From positions 1,253 to 65,252 of IMG/VR virus record IMGVR_UViG_3300044691_000535: a stretch of DNA of 64,000 bases, one strand, 5' to 3'. The position numbers and the translations under genes were made by a program. Below are positions 1 through 8,798 of this stretch, in pieces. The DNA comes from a virus (Duplodnaviria; Caudoviricetes). Numbering within the stretch: the stretch's first letter is position 1; every line of letters starts with the position of its first letter. The notes under the pieces were generated by a model, which was not told the origin of the DNA, made no database searches, and was given only the letters and a program-made list of their open reading frames with translations.

Positions 1-18
1 CGATGTTGTCGGATGTGC

Positions 19-768
19 TCATGCTGCGAGCCTCGGTTTGTAGGTGGCGGCGATGTGACGCGCCAACGGCAAGGGGATCTTGGCAATCTGGGCGGAAGCG
101 AATTTGCGCGCTTTGCTACCGGATGCCTGCGAAGCCACTGGGTCGCGCTTCCAGAGCCGCCCGTCTGGATTCTGTCCATGGCCGCTCGTCGTGTTATGTG
201 CGATTTTGAACCAACTGCCGCCTCCGTTCTTCGTATGGCCGACCGCAGCCGATTGGAAACTGCGGCCGCTCCCGTCAAAGCGAAAGCCGGGGACCTTTGA
301 ATCGCGCTGCACAATCATCGGCATGAGCGCCGGCACGTCGCCCCACAGATAGAAGCTGCCGTAGTTCCAGCGAGCTCGCCCGACCCACTTTTGAGCCCCG
401 CGTACGTTCTCGACCACCAGAGGGACGTGGCGCCCAGCCGCTTCGGATGCTTCATGCTGGATCCGAAAGCACGATTCGAACAGTGAGTTGTCTGGCGGCG
501 GAAGTGCCTTGGCGCGCTTCCAGGGCATCGCCCGATAGCTGTACGCCTGGCAAGGAGGCGAGGCGACAATCAATGAGGCATCTTTGAACTGCCGTCCGTG
601 GAGCGTCAGAACGTCCTGCAGCACCAGTTGTGCCGGATAGCGGTGCTCACCGTAGATGTGCTGCGTGTTATCGAAGCCAACCACGTAGTACCCCTCGGCG
701 AGTAGGCCGTCAGTCCAACCACCCAGCCCGCAAAAGAGATCGATCGCGAGCGCACGCTCATCGGCCAT
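19..768 (-). CDS. Compact C5-cytosine DNA methyltransferase
   Basis: Motif I DLFCGLGG, motif IV SPPCQ, motif VI VENV, C-terminal motif X-like AKIPLPLARHIA. Confidence 0.85.
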   Translation of the reverse strand: MADERALAIDLFCGLGGWTDGLLAEGYYVVGFDNTQHIYGEHRYPAQLVLQDVLTLHGRQFKDASLIVASPPCQAYSYRAMPWKRAKALPPPDNSLFESCFRIQHEASEAAGRHVPLVVENVRGAQKWVGRARWNYGSFYLWGDVPALMPMIVQRDSKVPGFRFDGSGRSFQSAAVGHTKNGGGSWFKIAHNTTSGHGQNPDGRLWKRDPVASQASGSKARKFASAQIAKIPLPLARHIAATYKPRLAA

Positions 769-782
769 GGGAGCACCTTCGT

Positions 783-1100
783 TCACGCCGCTGCCTGCTG
801 CTGTCGAAGCCTCGCGACGACTCGCTCCGCCGCTCCCTGGCCGAGATCGCGGTCATAGAGGCGAGTTCCGAGAACATCACCGCCGATTCCGACCTTCATC
901 ACCCGGCCGTGCAGGTAGTCGAAGTACAGGCGATCGGGTTCAGGGTGTTTTGCAATGATCTCGCGAGCTTGTTCCACGCTCATTTCGCGGGCACCGGCGA
1001 CCTGAAAGAATCCCATTCCCTGCTGCTGCGAGCCGTTGAACAGCGCGGCCAGCAATTCCGCCTTGTTGATTCCAGAGATATCAACTTCACCGTCTTTCAT
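783..1100 (-). CDS. Hypothetical phage protein
   Basis: 105-aa ORF with GGAG RBS and protein-like composition. Confidence 0.75.
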   Translation of the reverse strand: MKDGEVDISGINKAELLAALFNGSQQQGMGFFQVAGAREMSVEQAREIIAKHPEPDRLYFDYLHGRVMKVGIGGDVLGTRLYDRDLGQGAAERVVARLRQQQAAA

Positions 1101-1156
1101 GTTTGTCTCCTAAGTAATTGATATGTAGAGACGCTCATTCGTCCAGCGAATGACGT

Positions 1157-1249
1157 TCATGGGTGGTTGTGTGTCAGTGCCCACAGCAGGAACGCTATGA
1201 CTAGCAGAACAAACACAACTGCACCGTTACTGGGCGGTCGCTGCCTCAC
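1157..1249 (-). CDS. Small membrane peptide (30 aa)
   Basis: GTG start overlaps upstream TGA; hydrophobic stretch AVVFVLLVIAFLLWAL. Confidence 0.5.
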   Translation of the reverse strand: MRQRPPSNGAVVFVLLVIAFLLWALTHNHP

Positions 1250-1356
1250 AGCGGCAAGTCCTTCGGCAAAAAGTACATGATCGCGAGGACGATCAGGACG
1301 GCGGCTACCGCTAGCAGCCAGTCCAGGGCCTGATGTTTCTTATTGTTGTATTTCAC
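1246..1356 (-). CDS. Small membrane peptide (36 aa)
   Basis: AAGGA RBS plus GTG; basic N-terminus then WLLAVAAVLIVLAIMYFL. Confidence 0.55.
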   Translation of the reverse strand: MKYNNKKHQALDWLLAVAAVLIVLAIMYFLPKDLPL

Positions 1357-1367
1357 GTGGGTTGTCC

Positions 1368-2084
1368 TTATTGAAGGCCAATCGCATCTAGCTCGAAGCC
1401 GGCTGAGGTGGCCGAGTGGTCCTGCAAGAGAAATTTGTAGAGCGTCGCATCCCCGAGGGTGCCCAGGTCCTTCAACGGGATGACATAGGAACCCCACACC
1501 CCTGCCACACTCGCGGGTCCGTAGGCCATCAGTTCCACCGCAGGCAATGGCTGATCTCCCACGCGCTCCATGTGCAGCCCAAAGACCTGGCCGCTTACGG
1601 TGGGTTTGAGTGAGAGCAGCAACTTCGTCCAACCGGGATTCGGCAGCTTGTAATTGGCGGCGAAGTACGGCAGGAAGTATGGCCATTGCACCCCTGCGCC
1701 ACTGGTCGTGAGTTGGATGTCCTGCGTGTGTCCCTGGAACTGATTGCCGGTAACCGTATGGTTGTAGTTGACACTGGTGTTTTGACCTGTGAAATCCCCG
1801 GCGAGCGTCTTCACGCCGTTCAGATACATCCACGTGACGCCGGCGGGTGGCGGCGTAGTAACAGGTGTCGTGCAAACACCATTGACCAACACCTGTGGCG
1901 CCGTGCAGGTGGGTGGCGTGACGGTGCCGGCGGTCACGGGCAACGTACGGGCCGGTAGCGTTACGCAGACGGTTTGCGCAGGCAGGGTGCTGCACGCGGT
2001 CTGAGCCGGGATCGTGACGGTGGTTTGCGCATCGGCCAGGGCGCCGAGGGCGAGGAGGGTGAAGAGGGCGAGGACTCGTTTCAT
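1368..2084 (-). CDS. Secreted protein with Pro/Thr linker and carbohydrate-binding-like beta-sandwich
   Basis: Signal peptide MKRVLALFTLLALGALADA; PAQT repeats; YGP..VAGVWGSYVIPL motif shared with two other ORFs. Confidence 0.7.
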   Translation of the reverse strand: MKRVLALFTLLALGALADAQTTVTIPAQTACSTLPAQTVCVTLPARTLPVTAGTVTPPTCTAPQVLVNGVCTTPVTTPPPAGVTWMYLNGVKTLAGDFTGQNTSVNYNHTVTGNQFQGHTQDIQLTTSGAGVQWPYFLPYFAANYKLPNPGWTKLLLSLKPTVSGQVFGLHMERVGDQPLPAVELMAYGPASVAGVWGSYVIPLKDLGTLGDATLYKFLLQDHSATSAGFELDAIGLQ

Positions 2085-2153
2085 GTGCGATGACTCGTGG
2101 GGTAGGGTGGAGTGGTGAAAAGGTGGACGGGGCGTACTGGAGTGCGCTCTCTG

Positions 2154-2993
2154 TTATTGTTGTGTCAGTCCTAGCGCCTTCACGTGTTCGACTCCGCGAC
2201 GATAGACACGCAAAGTCATTGAGATGTTTGAGTGACCGAGGAGACGCATCGCGATCTCCGGAGTCGAGCAGCGTGTAGCCGCCAATGCGCGCAGGTCGTG
2301 GAATGTGAAGCGAGTCCCGCCGCGCGCAACGTACTTCCTCATATTCCGTTGCCACATCGCCCGGAAGCCTTCCCCGGTGTAGCGCTGCCAGTGACGCGCT
2401 GAGAGCACGTACTCGCCGCGGGTTGGCAGCTGCCAACATTTGTCGAGCGCCGCCTCGAGGTCCGGTGTGACCTCGATCGCCAGTCGCTTGCCGGTCTTCG
2501 TCTGATAGACGTGGACTTCCATCCCGCGGATATCGGCCCACTTCATGGCGAGCAAGTCGCCTTGGCGCTGCCCGGTCATTACTGCGAGGTCCATGGCAAG
2601 CTGGATCCGGTAGGGCGCCGACGATCGGACCGCGGCGAATTCCTCGGCCGTCACGAGCCGATCGCGCGGCTTCGACTTCGGCCGCTTCACATCTCGCAGA
2701 ACGTTGCGCGGGATCAGATACCAGAAGCTGACGGCATGGGTGAACGCGGCCGACAGAACCGCCAGCTGCTTGACCCGCTGCACCTTGCCCTTTTTGACGT
2801 TCAGGAATTCCCCGAAATCCTTCGGCTCCAGTGCGGAGGCAATCGCGGATCCGTAGACCGCTCGCAGCGTGACCAGGTGACGCCCGTAGTCGATTTGGGT
2901 TCGCGGTGCGAGCTCCGGCAGGCAGTCCCGTTCGTAGCGGAAGAGGATTTCGTTGACGGTTACCGCCGTCGTCGGTGTTGTTTCGGTGTCCAT
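2154..2993 (-). CDS. int: Tyrosine recombinase 1 (lacks an obvious N-terminal arm-binding domain)
   Basis: GQRQGDLL (R), KTGK (K), FHDLR (HxxR), LLGH and MTLRVY (H, Y). Confidence 0.9.
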   Translation of the reverse strand: MDTETTPTTAVTVNEILFRYERDCLPELAPRTQIDYGRHLVTLRAVYGSAIASALEPKDFGEFLNVKKGKVQRVKQLAVLSAAFTHAVSFWYLIPRNVLRDVKRPKSKPRDRLVTAEEFAAVRSSAPYRIQLAMDLAVMTGQRQGDLLAMKWADIRGMEVHVYQTKTGKRLAIEVTPDLEAALDKCWQLPTRGEYVLSARHWQRYTGEGFRAMWQRNMRKYVARGGTRFTFHDLRALAATRCSTPEIAMRLLGHSNISMTLRVYRRGVEHVKALGLTQQ

Positions 2994-3274
2994 CGGACAA
3001 CATTCGCGCCGTGGCGATTGGCTGTCCATGAAGCGAAGTTGACGCTTGAGTACTGTATGAAGCGCTCAACACGCCAGCGGCGCGGAGTTCGGTGAGTAGC
3101 CATCCGGTCCAGCGCTGAACTTGGTCGCGATCCCGGGCGAGTTTCAGCCGGCGCGCTTTCGTGCGTTGGTAGTATTCAGCTTGGTAGGCGCGGCGAGTCA
3201 TGTGCGTCTTCCGCGCTGGCCCGAACCGGATCGATGTGGAACCAAACTAGCCCATTGGGAGACAGTGGGCTCTG

Positions 3275-3287
3275 TAAGTGTTTGATT
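3275..3287 (-). promoter_or_regulatory. IHF binding site in attP
   Basis: AATCAAacacTTA matches WATCAANNNNTTR; a near match ATTCAAtgacTTG at 3362-3374. Confidence 0.65.
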
Positions 3288-3315
3288 CCAAATCAGTCGC
3301 GTGAAAAGTTGTGGG

Positions 3316-3360
3316 CTCTTAATCTCTTGGTCGTAGGTTCGACTCCTACACGGCCCACCA
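3316..3360 (+). other. attP core = 3' half of tRNA-Lys(CTT)
   Basis: CT-CTT-AA anticodon loop, T-arm GTAGG-TTCGACT-CCTAC, acceptor strand ACGGCCC-A-CCA; 5' half of the tRNA is absent; immediately downstream of the integrase. Confidence 0.88.
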
Positions 3361-3375
3361 AATTCAATGACTTGC

Positions 3376-3389
3376 GTTCCACGTGGAAC
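3376..3389. promoter_or_regulatory. parS-like palindrome GTTCCACGTGGAAC
   Basis: Perfect 14-bp palindrome matching the proteobacterial chromosomal parS core. Confidence 0.7.
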
Positions 3390-3424
3390 CCTTATGTCCA
3401 CCTGTCTCCCGTCTTGGGAGACAG

Positions 3425-4474
3425 TCACTTCACCGCCCGGAGTTGCCGGCGGCGTAGGTACACCTCGAGCATCTGGCCCGTGTGTCCCGTGGTGGATTTT
3501 CCCTTGGCATCGGTCTGCCCCTTTGGCCGCAGTTGCCTGAATTGAAACTCCGCATTGAAGCGCCGCAGTGCGCTTTGCAGTCCCGACTCGCTCCAAGGTA
3601 GCCCGCGCTCGCTGAGGAAAATGAACGGCTGCGCGCGCACCTGGACGGCCCGTTGCCGGCTCACTTCCGCCCGTCGCTTCTGGCTCAACTTGTCCAGCCG
3701 AACCGCGGCGATCTCGTAACGTTGGGCGACGGCCTCCTGGTGCTCGGCCGCCTTGTCCAGCATCAGCGCCACGGTCGGCGTGATCTCGTGATCGTTGTGC
3801 TTGCCGGTCTTGCTCTCGGTAATCTGCAGAATCTGCTTCTCGCCGTTTCCGTCGCGCATTCGCACCCGTTGCGGTTTCTGCACCAAGCGCAGGTCTGTCT
3901 GGCGAATCGTGAGCAGATAGGCCGTTGCCATCAGCGCATATAACTCGGGCGGCGCGCGATCCAGTTCCTTCACGAGTACCGGATGCTCGACATACACCTT
4001 GCTCGGCCGCTCCGTGTTGCGTCGCATGCCTCGCCATGGATTGTAGAGAGCCCAGCCTTTGCCCATCGCGTATTCCCACACCGATGACATGAACGAGGCT
4101 TCCCGGTTGCCGGTGGTCGCTCGGCCTTCCTCCACGCACCAGAACAGAAATTGTTTGCAGTGAGTCGGGAACACGTCCTCCCATCGGTGGTGTCCGAAGT
4201 GATGCATCATCCGCAACCCGTCGTTGCGATAGTGCTTCTGCGTCGCCTCGGCGAGCTCGCCCATCCCGTTCTTCAGATACGCGATGATCCCGAACCATAC
4301 GGAGTCCTCGCAATTGCCGATGACATCCGCGAGGCGCTCGTAGAGCCGCGCACGTCCTTCGTCTATTCGACATAACTTTGTCCATTTGTGCTTTCGGACG
4401 TAGTGCCAGGAGCCGTGCTTTTCGCGCACGCCTGACGGGAGCGGGGTTGTCTGCGGCTGTTCTTCTTCGGACAC
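3425..4474 (-). CDS. int: Tyrosine integrase 2 (with N-terminal arm-binding-like region)
   Basis: TIRQTDL (R), SKTGK (K), FQFRQLR, TGH and LEVY; ends at attP; preceded by an xis-like gene. Confidence 0.85.
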   Translation of the reverse strand: MSEEEQPQTTPLPSGVREKHGSWHYVRKHKWTKLCRIDEGRARLYERLADVIGNCEDSVWFGIIAYLKNGMGELAEATQKHYRNDGLRMMHHFGHHRWEDVFPTHCKQFLFWCVEEGRATTGNREASFMSSVWEYAMGKGWALYNPWRGMRRNTERPSKVYVEHPVLVKELDRAPPELYALMATAYLLTIRQTDLRLVQKPQRVRMRDGNGEKQILQITESKTGKHNDHEITPTVALMLDKAAEHQEAVAQRYEIAAVRLDKLSQKRRAEVSRQRAVQVRAQPFIFLSERGLPWSESGLQSALRRFNAEFQFRQLRPKGQTDAKGKSTTGHTGQMLEVYLRRRQLRAVK

Positions 4475-4662
4475 GGCGGCCTCGTGAAGGTGAGGACACG
4501 ATTTTCCGGGGAGATTGCCTTATCCAGCTGCGCTTCGGTAGTCCATGGCTTGCCGTTGCCATCCAGCGACCAGTGGATGCCGCGCTGCTTCAACACCCGT
4601 TTCAGCTTCGCAGCCTGCTTGCAATCAAGCAGTTGGCACAGTTGTTTGAAGCTCAGGGCCAT
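4363..4662 (-). CDS. Excisionase-like protein (DUF4224-like)
   Basis: Small basic protein (KQAAKLKRVLKQRGIHW..DGNGKP) overlapping the int start. Confidence 0.7.
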   Translation of the reverse strand: MALSFKQLCQLLDCKQAAKLKRVLKQRGIHWSLDGNGKPWTTEAQLDKAISPENRVLTFTRPPCPKKNSRRQPRSRQACAKSTAPGTTSESTNGQSYVE

Positions 4663-4788
4663 CTATCGGGGCTCGTCCGGGGAGAGAAGGAGGTCATGAG
4701 CATTTCAACACCGCAACCGCCAGCGCCGACCCCAGCAGAACGAATCCGCAGTTCCAAGCGATTTGGCGCCAGTTGGAGCGAGGAGCGG

Positions 4789-5511
4789 TCATGACGCACC
4801 ACCGAGTGCTTTTCGTAGATACGGATCATCCTTCACCTGATCGCATTTGTTCATGAGCCAGGAGAAGTAACCGGGGTCCTGCCGACGCACGTCCGCGCAC
4901 TTCATCGGGCCGCCGTGCGCCTTCGCCCACGGTTCGTGCGGACCGTATTTGCCAAAGGATAAAAAGATCGGCACGCGCGCTTTCTCGGATGCCTGCCACA
5001 GTTGGTCCCAACTCATCGTGCCGGGAATGCGTTTGAGGATCTCATCCAGCAATAACGAGCACAGATAGACATCCTGGTCCGCGCTATGGGCTCGCCGTAA
5101 CAGCTCTCGGGCTTGCACCCGCCCCTGCAGGTAGTAGGTCATGGCACCGAGCGAATGAGAGTCAACTTCCGGCCACAGATGGCGCGAGAGGGCGAGCGTG
5201 CAGATGCGCTTCACATCCGGCGAGCCCACCGCCTTCCAGTCGAAATCGCAATTATGCGCAATCAGGTATTCAACACCTTCGGGCGCGGACCAGTGACCGG
5301 GCCACGGCTCGCAGTCAACCAAGTCCTCATCGATGATGTGGTGCGTTGCCATGGCGCCCAACGTGATGGGCTTGGAGGGCTTGAATTTCTGTAGGCTCAT
5401 CGAGCCGCTCAGATTGGTGGGCGATTCGAAGGGGCCGGCAACGGCGAGGGAAATGACATCGGGCTCATCAATGCCGGTGGTCTCGGTGTCAATTATTATA
5501 GCGTTGCCCAT
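4789..5511 (-). CDS. DEDDh 3'-5' exonuclease (exonuclease X-like)
   Basis: IIIDTETTG, AHNCDFD, AHSADQD motifs; FGKY C-terminal motif. Confidence 0.9.
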   Translation of the reverse strand: MGNAIIIDTETTGIDEPDVISLAVAGPFESPTNLSGSMSLQKFKPSKPITLGAMATHHIIDEDLVDCEPWPGHWSAPEGVEYLIAHNCDFDWKAVGSPDVKRICTLALSRHLWPEVDSHSLGAMTYYLQGRVQARELLRRAHSADQDVYLCSLLLDEILKRIPGTMSWDQLWQASEKARVPIFLSFGKYGPHEPWAKAHGGPMKCADVRRQDPGYFSWLMNKCDQVKDDPYLRKALGGAS

Positions 5512-6062
5512 GTTGCCCCCGTGCGAGCCTTGGAAATGCAAGTCGGTGAGACATTAAACTTTGCGGCCAACGCCACATTTGTTTCAGTGGAAGACCGGAT
5601 GGACCGAACATCATCAGCTGTAAGTTTCGACCATGGGGCCGCGTCGCCTCGCAATATGATTTGCCTTCCTTTCGAGATCATATCGCGGGTATTGTCAAGT
5701 TGAGTGCCCAGAAATAAATGCGCTTCATTGAAGCAAGGTGGGTTGTCACAACGGTGTAAGCAGTCAACGCCGTCCGGTATCGTTCCATGCTCAAGTTCGA
5801 AGGCGACACGATGAGCGAGTTGAATTTGCCCATCGATTTGTAGTTGCGCGTATCCATCCCCTTCTTTAGTGCCGACCTTAACAATGCAACCCGACGGCAG
5901 CGTTACGGTATTGGCGAATAGGCGGTCCCTCACAGGTCGCCTGAAGGATCGGACAGGAATGAAAAGCGGATCGCCATGCTTCCACCAGCGCAGGTAATGC
6001 ATGGGGCACATCCCGCGCTTTTTTGCTCCGCGACCGCAACTTTCTATTTGGCACTTAGTCAC
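5496..6062 (-). CDS. HNH homing endonuclease
   Basis: AHRVAF, CLHRCDNPPCFNEAHLFLGT..N; N-terminal Cys/His zinc motif. Confidence 0.88.
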   Translation of the reverse strand: MTKCQIESCGRGAKKRGMCPMHYLRWWKHGDPLFIPVRSFRRPVRDRLFANTVTLPSGCIVKVGTKEGDGYAQLQIDGQIQLAHRVAFELEHGTIPDGVDCLHRCDNPPCFNEAHLFLGTQLDNTRDMISKGRQIILRGDAAPWSKLTADDVRSIRSSTETNVALAAKFNVSPTCISKARTGATWATL

Positions 6063-7819
6063 GGCAACTGTTCCACGACTGCGAGCAAATTCGCCTCCGC
6101 CTCGCGCGCAGCCGCCGCCAACTTGCGATCCTTTTTCTGATCCAACTTGCTGTCCCGCTCCTGAAAGACAGCCCATTCCTTCGCGAATTTGCACACCGAT
6201 TCCATGGGCAGATATTCGGTGAGGCGGATGGTGGTGAGCAGAGAGTTAGGATCATCCTCCACCTCCAACGGCCGAGGAATGCGCAGCGCCCACAGCTTGT
6301 CGGGCCGCTCGATCCATTCGCCGGCCGAAATGCTCTTGCCGCTGGCGTCCTCGACTTCGACGAATCGCCCGCTCTCGTGACTGGGTGGGCCGTCGAACAC
6401 GATGTCGATGTAGTCGGCCTCGGCTGTCGTCTCCCGTGTTGACGGTATCGATTCGCCGCCGACTGTGACCGACACCTCGGGCAAGTCCTCGCCCACCATC
6501 AGCTTTTGTGGCAAAGGGACGACATCGGCCGTTGGTTTCTCCCGCTCTGCCTTCAGTGCCGCCTGGTCGCGTTCTAGCTGCTCGCGTGCATCGGTGATGC
6601 GCTGAGCCTCGGCCTCACGCACGGCGTCCGCTTCGGCCTGCTTGCGCACCCGTGCTTCGTGCTCCGCGGCGAGCCGTGCGGATTCGGCCTCCTGCTCCTC
6701 TCGGCGGGCCTGCAGGTTGAAGTTTTCTTCTGCGATGCGTTGGCGTTCCGCAGCAGCCTCCGCATCCTCAGCCGCCCTGGCTTGCGCCGCAGCGAGCAGC
6801 TCGCGGATGGCCGTGAGGGCTTGATCCTTAGCGGCCTGCGCCATGCCGGTCATCGGCCCGAAGCCGGTCTCCTCGATCGGCCACACCTCGGTCTCGGCCA
6901 ACGTGTCGCGGATACACTCGATGGTGCCACCCTGGCGCACGCCCAGCCGACCACACTGCGCGATGATGACTTGCTGCTGGATGCCCTGGATCTCGGACAT
7001 GCGCATCTGATTCAACTCAGCAGCGGCCCGTAGTTCGGCCGCTTCCTGTTCGCGGGCTTCGCGCGCAACTCGCTCCTCTTCGGCAATGCGCGCTCGCTCC
7101 GTCGCGGCCTTGGCCTCATTCTCTTTGCGCACCCGCTCGTTTTCGGCCCGCTCCGCAGCCAAACGCGCCTGCTCGGCTTCCATCGCTTGCGCATTCGCCA
7201 GCGCCGCGCGCAGTCGGATCAGCGTGGTGGCCTTCGCGCCTTCGGCCTGCTGACGAAATTCCGCAAAGGACTCGTTGATTTCGATGGCGACGACATCCTT
7301 GATGAGAACCTCGATCTCTGCAGCCTTGCGGTTGGTTGCGGCGAATGCGGCCTGACGGATGTCGTTCTCGATACGGCTGTGGATGTCCTCGATGCGCTTG
7401 CGCTCAGCTTCCTCACGCGCTTTCTTCTCATCCTCCTTGCGCGTCTGTTCGGCCGTGATCTGCAAGTCGAGCGGGTTCTCAATCGCCAGCAGCTCGTTCG
7501 TGATGCGCTCGGCCTCGGTATCCAACTTCTTGCCCAGGTCCAGTATTGGGCGCTTGGCAGCCTTACGCAGTCGCTCTACTTCGTAGCGTGGCTCACGGAT
7601 CTCGGCGCGCGCCTCGCACGCTTCCTTCATGCCCTTCACGGTCGTGACATCAAATACAACGCTGCCGTATTTCGCGCGAAGGTCCGCAATGCCGGCCGCG
7701 ACCTTGTCGATTTTGACGAGCGCGGTGGAGACTGCTTCGAGTTGGGTCGCGAGCGCGTTGGCCTCGGCCGGTTCAGGAACCGGTGATGGTTGTTCGGCGG
7801 GGGCAGTCTTCGGACTCAT
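6059..7819 (-). CDS. Long coiled-coil protein of the recombination operon
   Basis: E/A/R-rich heptads, internally duplicated helical unit; translationally coupled to recT. Confidence 0.8.
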   Translation of the reverse strand: MSPKTAPAEQPSPVPEPAEANALATQLEAVSTALVKIDKVAAGIADLRAKYGSVVFDVTTVKGMKEACEARAEIREPRYEVERLRKAAKRPILDLGKKLDTEAERITNELLAIENPLDLQITAEQTRKEDEKKAREEAERKRIEDIHSRIENDIRQAAFAATNRKAAEIEVLIKDVVAIEINESFAEFRQQAEGAKATTLIRLRAALANAQAMEAEQARLAAERAENERVRKENEAKAATERARIAEEERVAREAREQEAAELRAAAELNQMRMSEIQGIQQQVIIAQCGRLGVRQGGTIECIRDTLAETEVWPIEETGFGPMTGMAQAAKDQALTAIRELLAAAQARAAEDAEAAAERQRIAEENFNLQARREEQEAESARLAAEHEARVRKQAEADAVREAEAQRITDAREQLERDQAALKAEREKPTADVVPLPQKLMVGEDLPEVSVTVGGESIPSTRETTAEADYIDIVFDGPPSHESGRFVEVEDASGKSISAGEWIERPDKLWALRIPRPLEVEDDPNSLLTTIRLTEYLPMESVCKFAKEWAVFQERDSKLDQKKDRKLAAAAREAEANLLAVVEQLP

Positions 7820-8796
7820 GACTCTTGGGACTCCAAATGCGCCTTCCAATCCGTGTAGGCGTTGATGACTTCCTCAGGAAGCTCCCGCTTGGTGCCATCG
7901 AAGTCCAACACGACCGACTCGTACAGCGGCGTCAGTTCAGCCAGTTTCTTGGTCGCACGAATAGCCGCCATGGCGCTGTCTTTGTCGAAGTGCGGGATCT
8001 TTCCTTCAGATTGCTGCTGCCCGCCTCCGGTTGGAGAATCCTCCGCCTCAGCCGGCGGCACCCACGTCCCCGCAGCGGCCTCGGCCATGTCGATGGTGCG
8101 ACCGGACTCGGCATTGTTCTCGAGGTCCATGGCTGTTTGCAGTTCCACGCTCTTGGGCATGTACTTGATGACCTGCAGCAACGGGATCTTGCGGCCGTAC
8201 ATCTCGAAGTGCTGGAAGCTGTAGTGCCGCGCGCCGACCTTATTGAAGCGGTCGCGGTGCGCCTTGATCTTCGGCACGGACCAGACTTCGATGATGGGCC
8301 ACTCCGCACCCTTGACCCGACCGACCGCGTAACAATGTGTCAGCTTGTCGGGCGTCGGCAGCTCGCCGCTCTCGTTGGGCTTGTGCTTGATGAACGGACG
8401 GTCACCCAACTCGTAATCGAAGTGGTCGCCTGAGAACACGGCCCCGGTCCACACCGATGCACGACCGCCGCGCGCGACCAGGTCGACATAGCCTTGCCAG
8501 CCGGGGATGCCCTGACAGTCCTTTCCATAGGGGATGAGGTAGGCCTGCCCGAGTACCCCCGGCTCCAGTCCCAACTGTGACAGCGTGATGATGGCGCCGA
8601 ACACGGTGCGTAGATTGCATTCGCCGAGCTTCGGTGACTTGCGAAATTCCGTGAGCGCGATGCGTGTCATGCGATCGGCGTTCAGGTGCTTCGGCAGCGC
8701 GCGCGCGATCTCCGGCTTCATCCGGTCCAGCAGTTCCGGGAAGCTCTGGGGTTCTTTGGCGGCACTGACTGCGCCACGGAGTTGGTTTGTCGACAT
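7816..8796 (-). CDS. recT: RecT family ssDNA annealing protein
   Basis: ALPKHLNADRMTRIALT, QLGLEPG..GQAYLIPY, M..K.......KYMPKSVE. Confidence 0.93.
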   Translation of the reverse strand: MSTNQLRGAVSAAKEPQSFPELLDRMKPEIARALPKHLNADRMTRIALTEFRKSPKLGECNLRTVFGAIITLSQLGLEPGVLGQAYLIPYGKDCQGIPGWQGYVDLVARGGRASVWTGAVFSGDHFDYELGDRPFIKHKPNESGELPTPDKLTHCYAVGRVKGAEWPIIEVWSVPKIKAHRDRFNKVGARHYSFQHFEMYGRKIPLLQVIKYMPKSVELQTAMDLENNAESGRTIDMAEAAAGTWVPPAEAEDSPTGGGQQQSEGKIPHFDKDSAMAAIRATKKLAELTPLYESVVLDFDGTKRELPEEVINAYTDWKAHLESQES

Positions 8797-8798
8797 GG

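Larger units (their letters stand above)
3255..3425. repeat. Integrase arm-type sites TTGGGAGACAGT (3255-3266, 3414-3425) and inverted CTGTCTCCC (3402-3410)
   Basis: Exact 12-bp direct repeat flanking the att core plus an inverted copy. Confidence 0.7.

Noticed and set aside
3051-3070. LexA/SOS box upstream of int1 (TACTGTATGAAGCGCTCAAC)
   Set aside because: The left half fits but the required ACAG right half is missing; only an imperfect inverted repeat (3038-3070) of unknown meaning remains
1246-3201. 651-aa minus-strand ORF
   Set aside because: Overlaps the integrase and CBM-like genes out of frame with Arg/Pro/Gly-rich shadow composition; only its last 36 codons (and possibly the first ~60) look real
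3290-3360. Complete tRNA-Lys gene
   Set aside because: No D-arm or 5' acceptor strand complementary to ACGGCCC; only the 3' half is present
3198-4562. 454-aa minus-strand ORF crossing attP
   Set aside because: Alternative-frame shadow of int2 in high-GC DNA; no motifs
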